Assembly: GCA_027450205.1 (NCBI GenBank)
Contig: DAIDJL010000004.1
Location: 139,932 to 203,931 of the forward strand
Origin: Candidatus Parcubacteria bacterium
GTDB lineage: Bacteria > Patescibacteriota > Minisyncoccia > UBA6257 > 2-01-FULL-56-20
DNA: 64,000 nucleotides
Reading direction: 5' to 3'
The first letter of the stretch is position 1. Every line of letters begins with the position of its first letter. The notes beneath the pieces were generated by a model that made no database searches, was not told the origin of the DNA, and was given only the letters and a program-made list of their open reading frames with translations. The position numbers were made by a program, and so were the translations under genes. Shown here one piece after another: positions 36,853-46,954 of this stretch.

Positions 36853-37995
36853 ATGGCACAAGCGCTCTATCGTAAATATCGGCCGCAGAAGCTGGACGAC
36901 GTACTCGGCCAGGAGACGAACGTCGAGATCCTCAAGAACGCCGCGAAGGCGGGGCGGCTCGGGCAAGCTTATATTTTTTATGGTGCGCGGGGCACGGGCA
37001 AGACGACGACGGCGCGGCTGATCGCAAAGCTGCTCAACTGCGAGAAGCGCCGCGATGATCCGGAATTTGCCAAGCTCGGCGAGCCGTGCAACGAGTGCCG
37101 CGAATGCCTGGCGATCGACGCGCAGAACTCGTTCGACGTGGTTGAGATCGACGCGGCGTCCAATCGCGGCATCGATGAGATCCGCAACCTTAAGGAAAAT
37201 ATTCGTACCTCCCCCGCCAGCGCCGATCACAAAGTTTATATTATAGACGAAGCTCATATGCTTACCGGCGCGGCGTTCAACGCGCTGCTCAAGACGCTCG
37301 AGGAGCCGCCAAAGCACGCGGCGATCATTCTGGCGACGACCGAATTCGAGAAATTGCCGTCGACGATCACCTCGCGTGCGCAACGGTTCATATTCAAAAA
37401 ATTGCCGAAGGCGACGATCATGGAAAAGCTGACGTCCATCGCGGCGAAGGAAAAAATAAAAATTGATGAGGCGGCGATCGAGCTCATTGCGGCGGCGGCA
37501 GAAGGAAGCTTTCGCGATGCGGAGTCGTTGCTGGACCAGATCTCGTCGCTTGAAGGAGCGGGTACGGACGATGGCAAAGATGGCGCGAAGTCAAAGGGCA
37601 TTTCCCTCGCCGACGCGGAGCGCGTTACCGGCCGCACCGGACTCAAAAAAGTGCATGAATTTGCCGATCTTATTGTTAAAAAAGATATAAAAGACGCACT
37701 TGGTTATTTGAACGAGCTGAATGAAGACGGCCACAACCTCGTGCAATTTAATAAAGATTTAATACATTATTTACGCAAAGTGCTGTCGCTCAAAGTAAAT
37801 CCTTCGCTCAAGGCGGTCATGGAACGCGACCTTACGCGCGATGAGGTAGCCGCAGCCATCGCGCTGGGCGTTGCCGCCGACATCGCTGTTCTTGTTAAAA
37901 TGATCAAAGCGCTCATCCGCGCGTACGCGGAGATGCGCTATTCCCCGTTTGCCATTGTTCCGCTCGAAGTGGCGCTCGTTGAGAACCTCTCATGA
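36853..37995 (+). CDS. dnaX: DNA polymerase III subunit gamma/tau (short, gamma-like)
   Basis: Walker A GARGTGKTT; Zn module CNECRECLAI; SRAQRF sensor 2. Confidence 0.85.
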   Translation: MAQALYRKYRPQKLDDVLGQETNVEILKNAAKAGRLGQAYIFYGARGTGKTTTARLIAKLLNCEKRRDDPEFAKLGEPCNECRECLAIDAQNSFDVVEIDAASNRGIDEIRNLKENIRTSPASADHKVYIIDEAHMLTGAAFNALLKTLEEPPKHAAIILATTEFEKLPSTITSRAQRFIFKKLPKATIMEKLTSIAAKEKIKIDEAAIELIAAAAEGSFRDAESLLDQISSLEGAGTDDGKDGAKSKGISLADAERVTGRTGLKKVHEFADLIVKKDIKDALGYLNELNEDGHNLVQFNKDLIHYLRKVLSLKVNPSLKAVMERDLTRDEVAAAIALGVAADIAVLVKMIKALIRAYAEMRYSPFAIVPLEVALVENLS

Positions 37996-38981
37996 AGGCA
38001 CTTTTTTCAAAATATTTCATCATCGTCATTTGGGTGGTCGCGCTCGGAGTGATCGGGACGCTTTTTGTATTCGTGGTGGAACCAAGCCTGAATCCCGCAC
38101 GACAGGGCGCGGGAAATAATTCGACCGCCGCGGCCGGATCGGCGCCGGTTGCGCCGGTAACGCCAAGCGTGGAGCTTACGATCGTAAAGACCAAAGCCGG
38201 AAATTCGCTTTATATCCAATGGGCCAACCTGCCGGGGAACACTACGGGGCTTAATATTTTCCGGGGATTGAAGAACAGTACGAGCGGCTGGTCGCTTTGG
38301 AAAACGCTCACGCTGACCCCGGGCGAGATCGCGAGCGGAAACGCATCGATCGGCCTCGGCAGGGCGACGCTCGCCGGATATTCCTTTTATGTGGAAGCAA
38401 TAAGCGGAAACAATAATGGAACGAGTACGGGCAACGGTGCGGGATCGAATCCGGCGGTGCTTTGGACATCATCCGTGACCGACCCCGCGGTCGCCACTTC
38501 CACGCCGCAAAGCATCCCGACAAGCAATACGTCGCCGACGGGAACACAAACGCCTTCTTCAACATCTTCATCGACATCCCCCGCGCCCGCGCCGTCTTCG
38601 ACCGCCACCTCAACCAGCCCAACGCCGACCACTCCCCCTTCCGCGCCAACCGGCACGCCATACTATAGTCCAAAAATGCAGATCGAAGGTTACGGCTCCG
38701 CGCAGACCAATAATTTCTGGGTCCAGCACGTTGACCAGAAGATCCAGATCGGCTGGCAGAATCTTCCGCCGACCACCACGAGTATCGTCATCCTGCGATC
38801 GCAAAACCAGAACGGTCCGTGGGCAGCCATGCTCACCCAGCAGAACCCGGGCGTGAACGGCGCATATTCGATCCAGGTGGTGGACAATACCCTGGGGGTC
38901 CCTTACTACTATGAGATGAACGCGCTCGCGGGAAATACAGTGATCGCAACGTATGGACCAGTCTATCTACCCGGCAATTAA
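37992..38981 (+). CDS. Hypothetical membrane-anchored extracellular protein with Ser/Thr/Pro-rich linker
   Basis: N-terminal TM and PT-rich low-complexity region. Confidence 0.4.
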   Translation: MKALFSKYFIIVIWVVALGVIGTLFVFVVEPSLNPARQGAGNNSTAAAGSAPVAPVTPSVELTIVKTKAGNSLYIQWANLPGNTTGLNIFRGLKNSTSGWSLWKTLTLTPGEIASGNASIGLGRATLAGYSFYVEAISGNNNGTSTGNGAGSNPAVLWTSSVTDPAVATSTPQSIPTSNTSPTGTQTPSSTSSSTSPAPAPSSTATSTSPTPTTPPSAPTGTPYYSPKMQIEGYGSAQTNNFWVQHVDQKIQIGWQNLPPTTTSIVILRSQNQNGPWAAMLTQQNPGVNGAYSIQVVDNTLGVPYYYEMNALAGNTVIATYGPVYLPGN

Positions 38982-38986
38982 GGCGC

Positions 38987-39457
38987 CTATTGCGTGACGG
39001 AAATCGTCTTGTTCAGTTCCGCAAACGGCGCGGATACCGTGATCTGCCCCGTGGAAGAATTGGCAGCGATAGAATAAGCGCTGTCATAATCGCTCACGGA
39101 GTTATAGTAACTGCTTGTCGCGCTCGGATCGAAGGGAAAACTGAAGAGGCCGTACGCGCCATTTCCAAGGACGACGCACGGTGCGATATTATATCCCCCG
39201 GCGGAGCTTTTCATGCGTGCGGTGGAGGTCGGGATGGCGCCCGATGCGCAGGAAAACTGTTCGTTGCTTTGGTCCGCGATGTTCTGACGGATCGCGTTCA
39301 TGATGGTTTGCAGATTCGAGATCCGCTGAGTGTTCCGCGCTGATGCTAATTGTCCGGCGGGATTCGCGGCGATAAGATAGACGCCCGTGATGATCGCAAT
39401 AAGCGATATCGTTACAATAAGCTCTATCAGAGTGAATCCGTTCCGTTTTCTGATCAT
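38987..39457 (-). CDS. Type IV pilin (prepilin-type N-terminal cleavage/methylation domain)
   Basis: RNGFTLIELIVTISLIAII class-III signal motif. Confidence 0.75.
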   Translation of the reverse strand: MIRKRNGFTLIELIVTISLIAIITGVYLIAANPAGQLASARNTQRISNLQTIMNAIRQNIADQSNEQFSCASGAIPTSTARMKSSAGGYNIAPCVVLGNGAYGLFSFPFDPSATSSYYNSVSDYDSAYSIAANSSTGQITVSAPFAELNKTISVTQ

Positions 39458-39461
39458 TTAT

Positions 39462-40895
39462 TCATTGTACTTCTTCCCATGAAATCGGCGAATACTGGTC
39501 GGTGGTCAGCGGGAAGCTCGGCGGCGGGCTATAGAGAAGATTGGTATCATAATTGTAATCCCGATTCTGATATCCGCTCACCACCGGATTTCCCCACGCG
39601 ACCCCCGCTTGTTGGTTGCTCGCGATGATGCCGAGCGTGGTCAATTGATTGCGAAGATATGACGATCCGCAGTATGAGCTGTAATAGTAGCGCCGAACGG
39701 CGCCATTCTGCGCGATGAGCGCGGCGTCGACCGTAAGATTATTGTCGCTATTAAGGCCATAAATGATATTGTTCTGTGCGATGAGCGCGATGGTATCCGA
39801 TCCGTTGAAGTTGGTGTAATTGATGCTGTTGTTCACGATGATATTGGTGTACGTAGATTGGTTCGCCGGGAATTTTCCGGAGGCGATCGTCACCCGCGCG
39901 CCATCCACGGTTCCCCGCACCCAAAGATTGTCGGCAAAGAACATATTTCCGTTCTGCGGAATCGTTCCGGTGGCATAGAGCGTTTCCGACTGGATGCTCC
40001 ACGTCCCCCAACCCGTTTCGTTCTGGGAGTTGGTGCAATATCGCGGCGGAGATACGAGCGCCGTCACCTTATAGACGGTGAACGTCGTCGATGAAAGCGC
40101 AAGGTCGTATCCGAACGCGCCGGAACCGGTGGCGTAATATCCCGTTGCCTGCGCATTTGCCTCGATCGTCGCAAGATCCTGGGTGATGCCGGCAAAATCC
40201 ACCGCCGGCACGCCAAGCGACCGGCCGGCAAGAAACACGTTCGAGGTGCTGGTAGGTAACGGTGTAGGCGGCTGAGGATCGGCCGGCGGGGTTGTGGTAT
40301 ATACCGCCCACTCAGTGCGGTTGCCGTTGGCCGGATCCGTATAGGTGGTAAGCGCGCTTTCCACAAGATTGTGCGCGGTACCGTCAAATTGGATGCCGCC
40401 ATTGGAATCGATCACGCCGTAGACCTGCGCCGTCGTGCCGAAAACGACATTGCTGTTCAACACCCACGCATATTTTGCGAATGACGGGATCCCCATCTGC
40501 ACTTTTATTATTTTTTTAATGCTTGCATCGGCGGTCACGGTACCGGCGCTTGAAATGGTGACGACCGTAGAACCAGGCGGCGGCGGCGTGATCGTAAGCG
40601 TGAACTGCCCGATCTCATTGCCGTTCTTGTCATAATAATTATGAACATATGGGCCAGGCTGCCCCGTTCCGTCCTGATAATCCGTCGGCGCATGCGCGAG
40701 ATGCCACCGGTAATATTCAATGCCTGCTTCGGCGATCGCGAACGCCTGCAGTTTATTCTGGGCGCGCACGGAAAGCTGAAGGAATGATCCCGCAAGCGAA
40801 ATGAATCCGCCGATCACCGTCACGATGATGGCGGAAAGGAAAAGCATTTCTATGGCAATCTGCGCGGTTCGATTGTGCGTGGTGTTCATGGTCAT
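39462..40895 (-). CDS. Pilus-associated large protein (PilX/minor-pilin-like N-terminal helix, Thr-rich beta region)
   Basis: N-terminal hydrophobic helix with a Glu at +5-like position; lies inside the pilus operon. Confidence 0.4.
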   Translation of the reverse strand: MTMNTTHNRTAQIAIEMLFLSAIIVTVIGGFISLAGSFLQLSVRAQNKLQAFAIAEAGIEYYRWHLAHAPTDYQDGTGQPGPYVHNYYDKNGNEIGQFTLTITPPPPGSTVVTISSAGTVTADASIKKIIKVQMGIPSFAKYAWVLNSNVVFGTTAQVYGVIDSNGGIQFDGTAHNLVESALTTYTDPANGNRTEWAVYTTTPPADPQPPTPLPTSTSNVFLAGRSLGVPAVDFAGITQDLATIEANAQATGYYATGSGAFGYDLALSSTTFTVYKVTALVSPPRYCTNSQNETGWGTWSIQSETLYATGTIPQNGNMFFADNLWVRGTVDGARVTIASGKFPANQSTYTNIIVNNSINYTNFNGSDTIALIAQNNIIYGLNSDNNLTVDAALIAQNGAVRRYYYSSYCGSSYLRNQLTTLGIIASNQQAGVAWGNPVVSGYQNRDYNYDTNLLYSPPPSFPLTTDQYSPISWEEVQ

Positions 40896-41509
40896 CAGTT
40901 GCTTCTTAGATTTCGTATGTCAATGAGTGCGGAAAAATATTGCGGGGGTTGTGATTGTTGCGCGCTCGCTCCGGAGCTGGAAAAAAATGATATGCCGACG
41001 AGTCGGATCGCGGATACGCTCACCGGAATCGTGAGGGCGCTTTGGGTGCCGGTGTAGTTCGCGTCATAATAGCTGAACAGCGGCGTAGAGCTCGCAAGGG
41101 TGACATTATCGATGACGTCGGTCACGACCTCGGATGATGTCGGATAGGTCGCCGGCGTCCCGGTGGGCGCGATCACCCCTTTATAGATGGTGGACGACGA
41201 AAGAAAATACCGCACATGCTCCACCCTTCCGTCCTTGTTGATATCGCTGTAGAACGCGAACGAGCTCGTGCCCGCGGCGTCGATCGGATAAGATCCGTTC
41301 TGTGAGAGGCTCGCGGAACGGATCTCGCTCGTCATGATCTGGAGCGTTTGCGCAGTATCGGACTTTGACTGAAGCTGCTGGCTGATCAATATGTTCAGAT
41401 CGTTCACATTGCCGCTGAAATTGCTCGCAATAATCACGAGTGATGCTGCGATCGCCACAACAATGAGCACTTCCACCAATGAAAATCCTTTATGTGACGG
41501 TTTTTTCAT
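40895..41509 (-). CDS. Minor pilin/pseudopilin (prepilin-type N-terminus)
   Basis: KGFSLVEVLIVVAIAA. Confidence 0.7.
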   Translation of the reverse strand: MKKPSHKGFSLVEVLIVVAIAASLVIIASNFSGNVNDLNILISQQLQSKSDTAQTLQIMTSEIRSASLSQNGSYPIDAAGTSSFAFYSDINKDGRVEHVRYFLSSSTIYKGVIAPTGTPATYPTSSEVVTDVIDNVTLASSTPLFSYYDANYTGTQSALTIPVSVSAIRLVGISFFSSSGASAQQSQPPQYFSALIDIRNLRSN

Positions 41510-41510
41510 A

Positions 41511-43277
41511 TCAGAGATGGATAAGCGGAACGGTTGACGATTGGAATCCGGGACCGACGGATACCGTGGTGGAATTCTGATTATAATTCGCCGCGCTCAC
41601 GCTTACCGTGTATGTACCTTGCGGAAGGCTGGTAAAAAGCGTCTGCGCAGGCGGCACACAGTTCGCGGAGAAACCGAACGTGACGCCCGTAAGCGCCGGC
41701 GTATAGTTCTGATCCTGGGTGGACATGAATACCTTATAGCGCAGGTAGCGGTTTCCAGAAAGCGACACAGGCAATGTGCTCGGGGTCGTCGTGAAATAGG
41801 TGCCGGACGTTCCGTCGGGACCGACGAAATTCCATGTGGCATCGTCGTTGTTCGCCGCAACCTGGAACGCGATGCTTCCCGCACCCGTCTGCGACGGTTG
41901 TGATACCGGCGTCCACGACATCCACGGGATCGTAGAGCTCGATCCGCCGAGATCGATCGTATTGGAAATGAGCCATTCGGTCACCGAAGTCGGGAATGTT
42001 CCCGATGCGTTCACAAGCAGTTGGAGCACGCCGGGTACGCTCGTATCCATTCCCCCGCTCTGGCTCGCGTATTGTCCGCCCGACCAGTCCGTCTGGGAGA
42101 CCGTTGCCTGGCCGGTGGTCTGCGTTTCGGAAAATCCGGATCCCGACATGGTAACGCTTGCCCCCGTGATCCCCGCCCCCGTCGCCGCATCGGTGACGGT
42201 GGTCAGGAGCGACGGGTCAGCCGCCGGTTCAAGCACGAACTGAAATGCCTGCGTGGAACTGGGATTCACGGTCACTGGGTCAAGCGGGATGGTACCCATA
42301 AGATCGCGGGAAACATCGGAAAGTGAGAGCGTATACGTGTCCCATTCCATGTTTTGCATCAACGTCGTGCCGTTTGCACCCATCGTCGTTGTAGTGGAGA
42401 ACTTCAGAACGTCCGGCGATGTACCGATCAATTTTGCACCGGCGATGGAGAATGATTCGTTCGGCACGGCATTGCACCGGTCATCGGTCGCGGATACAGC
42501 AAGGGAGCTCGTGCGGTCAATGGCAAAGGTTATGGCGGTCACGGTCTGCGCCACAACGGTCGCATTCGGCTTGATTGGATTGGGATTTCCGGCGCCGCCG
42601 ACCGGGTAGGTCTGGTCCGTCGAGTAACCCGGCTTGGTGACGCTGATCCAATATCCCTGCGTGCTTGTCGGCACCCCCACGAGCTCCAACACGCCGCTCG
42701 CGTTCGTCGTATCGGTGAGATCGATGGATGGTGTCACTGACGCGTTCACCACATTTACCGTCGCTCCGGGGACGCCTATGCCGTTCGCGTCGAGCGCGTA
42801 GATAAAAAGGGATCCGTCCTGCGTGGCGCTTTCCAGATTTTTGGGCGCGACGGTCGTCGTGATGGTCATGGAGACGGGATTATCGCAGAGCGGACATAAC
42901 GCCGTGATGGAAACCATTTTGTAATCGGCGGGCGCGGTGTCGTTCGGATTACCGCCAAGCGTGCCGTCAAACGGGTCATCGATGTTGCGGATCGTCGTCT
43001 GGAGGATGAAATTATAGCTGCCCATGGTGACAGTCTGCGACTGCGGGATGATGCCGGTCGGCACGCCGCCGACCGTTCCAACGCTGTCGTACGGCAGATC
43101 GCGGATCATCTCTATTTCATTGCCGACAGCCGCCGTTTCCGCGCTGCGCACGCTCACGTTCGCTACGGCGGTGATGATGGAAAAATAGACGAGATAGATG
43201 CCGCCGAACAATACCGCGACGATCGCCATACTGATCACGAGATCTATTAAGCTGGTTCCTTTAGTGGCCTGTTTCAC
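41511..43277 (-). CDS. Large prepilin-type protein (588 aa) with carboxypeptidase-regulatory/Ig-like beta domains; putative pilus tip or adhesin subunit
   Basis: KGTSLIDLVISMAIVAVLF prepilin-like N-terminus followed by a long Thr/Ser/Gly-rich beta region. Confidence 0.5.
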   Translation of the reverse strand: MKQATKGTSLIDLVISMAIVAVLFGGIYLVYFSIITAVANVSVRSAETAAVGNEIEMIRDLPYDSVGTVGGVPTGIIPQSQTVTMGSYNFILQTTIRNIDDPFDGTLGGNPNDTAPADYKMVSITALCPLCDNPVSMTITTTVAPKNLESATQDGSLFIYALDANGIGVPGATVNVVNASVTPSIDLTDTTNASGVLELVGVPTSTQGYWISVTKPGYSTDQTYPVGGAGNPNPIKPNATVVAQTVTAITFAIDRTSSLAVSATDDRCNAVPNESFSIAGAKLIGTSPDVLKFSTTTTMGANGTTLMQNMEWDTYTLSLSDVSRDLMGTIPLDPVTVNPSSTQAFQFVLEPAADPSLLTTVTDAATGAGITGASVTMSGSGFSETQTTGQATVSQTDWSGGQYASQSGGMDTSVPGVLQLLVNASGTFPTSVTEWLISNTIDLGGSSSTIPWMSWTPVSQPSQTGAGSIAFQVAANNDDATWNFVGPDGTSGTYFTTTPSTLPVSLSGNRYLRYKVFMSTQDQNYTPALTGVTFGFSANCVPPAQTLFTSLPQGTYTVSVSAANYNQNSTTVSVGPGFQSSTVPLIHL

Positions 43278-44341
43278 TTGATGCCCGACGAAATGGAATA
43301 AATGGGGGTGATGATGGAGAGCGCGACGAAGCCCACCAGCAGTCCCATGACGAGCAACATAATGGGTTCAATGAGCGACGTGAGCGCGTGCAGTTTTATA
43401 TCCACCTCATCGTCGTAATATTCCGCGAGATATTCCAGATTGTCCTCAAGATTGCCGGTCGTTTCGCCGATCTGCACCATGCCGTAAACCAGCGGCGGAA
43501 AGAATTCTTTTTTTGTGGAAAGATAGGCGCCCAGAACGCCCCCTTTGGTGATCTCTTCTTTGGAATCGAGGAGTATTTTCCGATAGACCTGATTATTGAA
43601 CGTCGCGGCGGTGATATCGAGCGATTCCACGATCTTGACGCCGCTCTTTAAAAGCAGGGAGAGTACGCGGGAAAAGTTCACCATATTCACACCAACAATG
43701 ACGCCCGAAACAACCGGCGCATGAAGTGCAAGCGTGTCCAGGAAATATTTCACCGGTTGCACCTGCTTGGTGATGATCCGGATCGCGATGACGAAGACGA
43801 TGATACCAAGGAGAATCCAGATGCCATACGTCTGGGCAAAACTTAACATCCATAGCATGATGCGCGTCGTAAGCGGAAGCTGCACGTTAAGACTTGAGAA
43901 GACCGGAATAAGCTTGGGGAAAACATAGAATGTGAGGAATCCCGCGACCGCGAGTGTGGCTACAAGGATAACGAGCGGATAGATCATCGCCGAGCGCACT
44001 TTGTTCTCCAGCGATTTCGCACGCTTGAGCTCATCGGCAAGATAGAGCAGGTTCTTTGCAAGCGTTCCGGACGTTTCGCCTACGCGGACGATATTGATGA
44101 AAAATCCCCCGAAAAGGTAGTCGAATTTTTGGAGGCCATCGGCAAGGAACTTGCCGTTGTTCACGTCAAGGATGAGGCTGTCTACCACCTTCTTCAGTAC
44201 CGGCGACTCGGTTTGTTCTTTAATGATGGTAAGGCCGTTGTAGATCGGCAGCCCCGCTTTAATGATAAGCGAAAGGTGGCGCGCAAAATTGATCCGGTCC
44301 TGAAGCGAGATGCGATCGAACACCCGGGAATAGAATTTCAT
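43274..44341 (-). CDS. pilC: Type IV pilus assembly platform protein PilC (GspF family)
   Basis: Two GspF repeats and 3-TM topology. Confidence 0.85.
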   Translation of the reverse strand: MKFYSRVFDRISLQDRINFARHLSLIIKAGLPIYNGLTIIKEQTESPVLKKVVDSLILDVNNGKFLADGLQKFDYLFGGFFINIVRVGETSGTLAKNLLYLADELKRAKSLENKVRSAMIYPLVILVATLAVAGFLTFYVFPKLIPVFSSLNVQLPLTTRIMLWMLSFAQTYGIWILLGIIVFVIAIRIITKQVQPVKYFLDTLALHAPVVSGVIVGVNMVNFSRVLSLLLKSGVKIVESLDITAATFNNQVYRKILLDSKEEITKGGVLGAYLSTKKEFFPPLVYGMVQIGETTGNLEDNLEYLAEYYDDEVDIKLHALTSLIEPIMLLVMGLLVGFVALSIITPIYSISSGIK

Positions 44342-44353
44342 GGCGAGAAACGG

Positions 44354-45586
44354 TTATTCGTGGATGACCCGCAATATTTCCTCGATGGAGGTAAGCCCCT
44401 TTCCGGCGCTTATGAGCGCATCGTCTATCATCGTGGTCATGCCGTCCTGGATCGCCGCTTCCTTGATCTCGTTGGCATCCGCGCGGCTCATGATCAATTT
44501 CTGGATCGAGTCCCTTACTTCCAGAACCTCATGGATGGCGATGCGGCCGCGGTATCCGGCATTATTGCATTCTTCGCAGCCCTTCGGGCTATAGAATTTC
44601 ATATCTTCATCAAGCGACGGGATCAACTCCTTCAAACTGCGGATCTCTTCCCGGGACATTTTCCGCTCAACCTTGCAACTCTGGCAAAGCTTGCGCACCA
44701 ACCGCTGGCTGATCGCAACGTTCACCGTGGACGCCACAAGGAATGACGGCACGCCCATATCGAGCAGGCGCGGGAATGTCGTTGCGGCATCATTGGTATG
44801 CAGCGTGGAAAGCAGCAGGTGTCCGGTGAGCGCGGCCTGCACCGAGACCGATGCCGTCTCTTCGTCGCGGATCTCGCCCACCATGATGATATTCGGATCC
44901 TGCCGCAAAATGGAACGTAATCCGGCGGCAAATGTAAGGCCGACATCGGTGTTGGTCTGGATCTGCGTCGTTCCGTCAAGAGAATATTCTATCGGGTCTT
45001 CGATCGTGATGATGGATACCTCCGGCTTATTGAGCTGCTTCAAGATGGTATATAAAAGCGTTGTCTTTCCGGAACCGGTTGGGCCGTTTGCAAGGATCAT
45101 ACCGTACGGCTTCGCGATCGCGCCCCGGATCTTTTTAAGATCCGCCGGCGAAAAACCGAATGTATCAAGCTCGAAGGTTTGCGTTTCCGCGAGCACGCGC
45201 ATGATCACATTCTCGCCGTAATATGTCGGGATGATGGAAACACGCACATCAACACCTCCTGTTTCTTCGATCACGACCTTAAAACGTCCGTCCTGCGGCA
45301 AAAGATGTTCATCGGTGCGCAGGCCGGCAAGAACCTTGATGCGGCTCACCACTTCCTGATGGAGCTCTTTTTTTATCTTTGCCTCTTTGAAGCTGTCGTA
45401 GAGCAGTCCGTCAATGCGATAGCGCACGCGGAGCATATCCTTCGTCGGTTCAATATGAATATCCGACGCACCAATGGCGTAGGCATATTCCACGAACAGA
45501 TCCACAAGTTTTATGATAGAAACCTTCTCCAGCGACTCCGCGAACTCTTTTTCAATAAGGGGTTTAAGGGATTTGATATCGCGCAT
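44354..45586 (-). CDS. pilB: Type IV pilus assembly ATPase PilB (GspE family)
   Basis: Walker A GPTGSGKTT; Asp box; His box; C-terminal tetracysteine CxxC...CEEC. Start placed at MRDIKSL so it does not overlap tRNA-Gln. Confidence 0.85.
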   Translation of the reverse strand: MRDIKSLKPLIEKEFAESLEKVSIIKLVDLFVEYAYAIGASDIHIEPTKDMLRVRYRIDGLLYDSFKEAKIKKELHQEVVSRIKVLAGLRTDEHLLPQDGRFKVVIEETGGVDVRVSIIPTYYGENVIMRVLAETQTFELDTFGFSPADLKKIRGAIAKPYGMILANGPTGSGKTTLLYTILKQLNKPEVSIITIEDPIEYSLDGTTQIQTNTDVGLTFAAGLRSILRQDPNIIMVGEIRDEETASVSVQAALTGHLLLSTLHTNDAATTFPRLLDMGVPSFLVASTVNVAISQRLVRKLCQSCKVERKMSREEIRSLKELIPSLDEDMKFYSPKGCEECNNAGYRGRIAIHEVLEVRDSIQKLIMSRADANEIKEAAIQDGMTTMIDDALISAGKGLTSIEEILRVIHE

Positions 45587-45640
45587 GGTTCTATTGTACC
45601 ATATGAAGCGCGGGCATGCTGCACCGCAAGCTTTATAATT

Positions 45641-45711
45641 TGCCGGATCATCTAATGGTAGGATAGTGGACTCTGAATCCATTCATCTTGGTTCGAATCC
45701 AAGTCCGGCAG
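45641..45711 (+). tRNA. tRNA-Gln (anticodon CTG), U1:A72 with G73 discriminator
   Basis: TGCCGGATCATCTAATGGTAGGATAGTGGACTCTGAATCCATTCATCTTGGTTCGAATCCAAGTCCGGCAG folds into a cloverleaf. TATAAT lies at about 45633-45638. Confidence 0.8.
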
Positions 45712-45747
45712 CACGAGATTCTGCTATTGGCCTCTCGACGATCTTTC

Positions 45748-46938
45748 TTACGGACGGCCGGCAATCAGACGGCCGAGCATCTGCATGAACGAAGCGAAAG
45801 GATAAAGAATGGTTGCGCCAAGCGTTGATGTGGCGATCGGCGTAACGGACGACGCGGGTGGCGCACCACCTCCTTCGTTGAAATTGCATATCTGGCCCGC
45901 CGGACACGGAGGCGGCGTGCCGCCAGGCACCATCGCCGGGCTGGCAACGCATTCGCTTCCATTCCAATATTCATTCTCGCCGCATCCGCCGGGATGGCCG
46001 TATGGAGTAGAAGAGCCGGTTATTATGTAATGCGACATCGTGGATGTTCCCGGATTGTAATTGGATTGTTTGCTGAATGCCTGGCATTCCGCAGCGTGTG
46101 CGGGATCGCTGCAGTATGCCTGGCATGATGCATCCGATGTGCAACCGCCCGGTCCGGCCTGCGTCACCTTCATATTGCCCTGTGCCGCTCCCATCGCTTC
46201 GCCGAACGCACCACAGGCAGAGCCATGACCCGGGTCATTGCAATAGGTAAGGCATGCCTGAAGCGTGGTGCATCCGCCGGGCGTTCCCCCGCTCTGCAGC
46301 AGCTGCTGAAACTTTTGCAGTGCCTCTGGTGAAACATCGTTCGGCCCTCCATTCTGACCGCCAATACGAAGACCCGCCTTCTCCGAAAAAGCCGCACACG
46401 CCGGCGCATGGCTTTCGTCGCTGCAATATGCGTTGCACGAATCCTTTGAATCGCAGCCGCCCGGCATCGTTCCGCCCGCATTCAGATATGCAAGCACTTT
46501 TTCCGCATCGCCGAGGTCGCCGCCCGTGATGTCATGCGCTTTTGCAAATGCGACGCAGGCGCTCAAATGGGAAACCGTGGTGCAGTATGCGTCGCATGCG
46601 TCCGGCGAGCTGCATCCGCCGGGACCGGTTCCGGCATTTGCAAAGAGCGCGGCGAACTGGTCGGCATTCTTCGCTTGAGCCGCGCTTTCAATGCCGTTAC
46701 TTTCCGCAAATGCGGTGCACGCCTTCATATTCACAGGTTCGTTGCAGTATGCATGGCATGATGCCTGATCCGTGCAGTTGCCAAGCGCCGCGACCGGGAA
46801 TGCAATGCTGTTCGGTGATAGCGTAGACGGCGGAGGCGTAGATGACGAAGTCTGTGCGAATGCGACGAGTGCGAACAGCGCGCTTCCCGCAACCACTGCC
46901 ATTCTTATGGCGTTCCCGACAAGAAAAGAGATCTTCAT
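45748..46938 (-). CDS. Secreted protein with five tandem about 55-aa 4-Cys repeats (G-C-x-x-x-D/Q-x-C-x-A/T-Y-C-x-D/E-P-x-H-x-x-x-C-x-A-F)
   Basis: Signal peptide MKISFLVGN...AFAQ. Repeats read directly from the sequence. C-terminal Pro/Gly-rich tail. Confidence 0.5.
   Translation of the reverse strand: MKISFLVGNAIRMAVVAGSALFALVAFAQTSSSTPPPSTLSPNSIAFPVAALGNCTDQASCHAYCNEPVNMKACTAFAESNGIESAAQAKNADQFAALFANAGTGPGGCSSPDACDAYCTTVSHLSACVAFAKAHDITGGDLGDAEKVLAYLNAGGTMPGGCDSKDSCNAYCSDESHAPACAAFSEKAGLRIGGQNGGPNDVSPEALQKFQQLLQSGGTPGGCTTLQACLTYCNDPGHGSACGAFGEAMGAAQGNMKVTQAGPGGCTSDASCQAYCSDPAHAAECQAFSKQSNYNPGTSTMSHYIITGSSTPYGHPGGCGENEYWNGSECVASPAMVPGGTPPPCPAGQICNFNEGGGAPPASSVTPIATSTLGATILYPFASFMQMLGRLIAGRP
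45950..46760. repeat. Five tandem about 165-bp coding repeats inside the Cys-rich protein gene
   Basis: Recurrent GGC...GACGC...TATTGC... units at DNA and protein level. Confidence 0.5.
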
Positions 46939-46954
46939 AATGGTCGTAAAAAAA

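Noticed and set aside
45683-45967. 94-aa minus-strand ORF and the N-terminal 32 residues of the listed pilB ORF
   Set aside because: Both overlap the well-folding tRNA-Gln gene. pilB has an in-frame Met just downstream of the tRNA.
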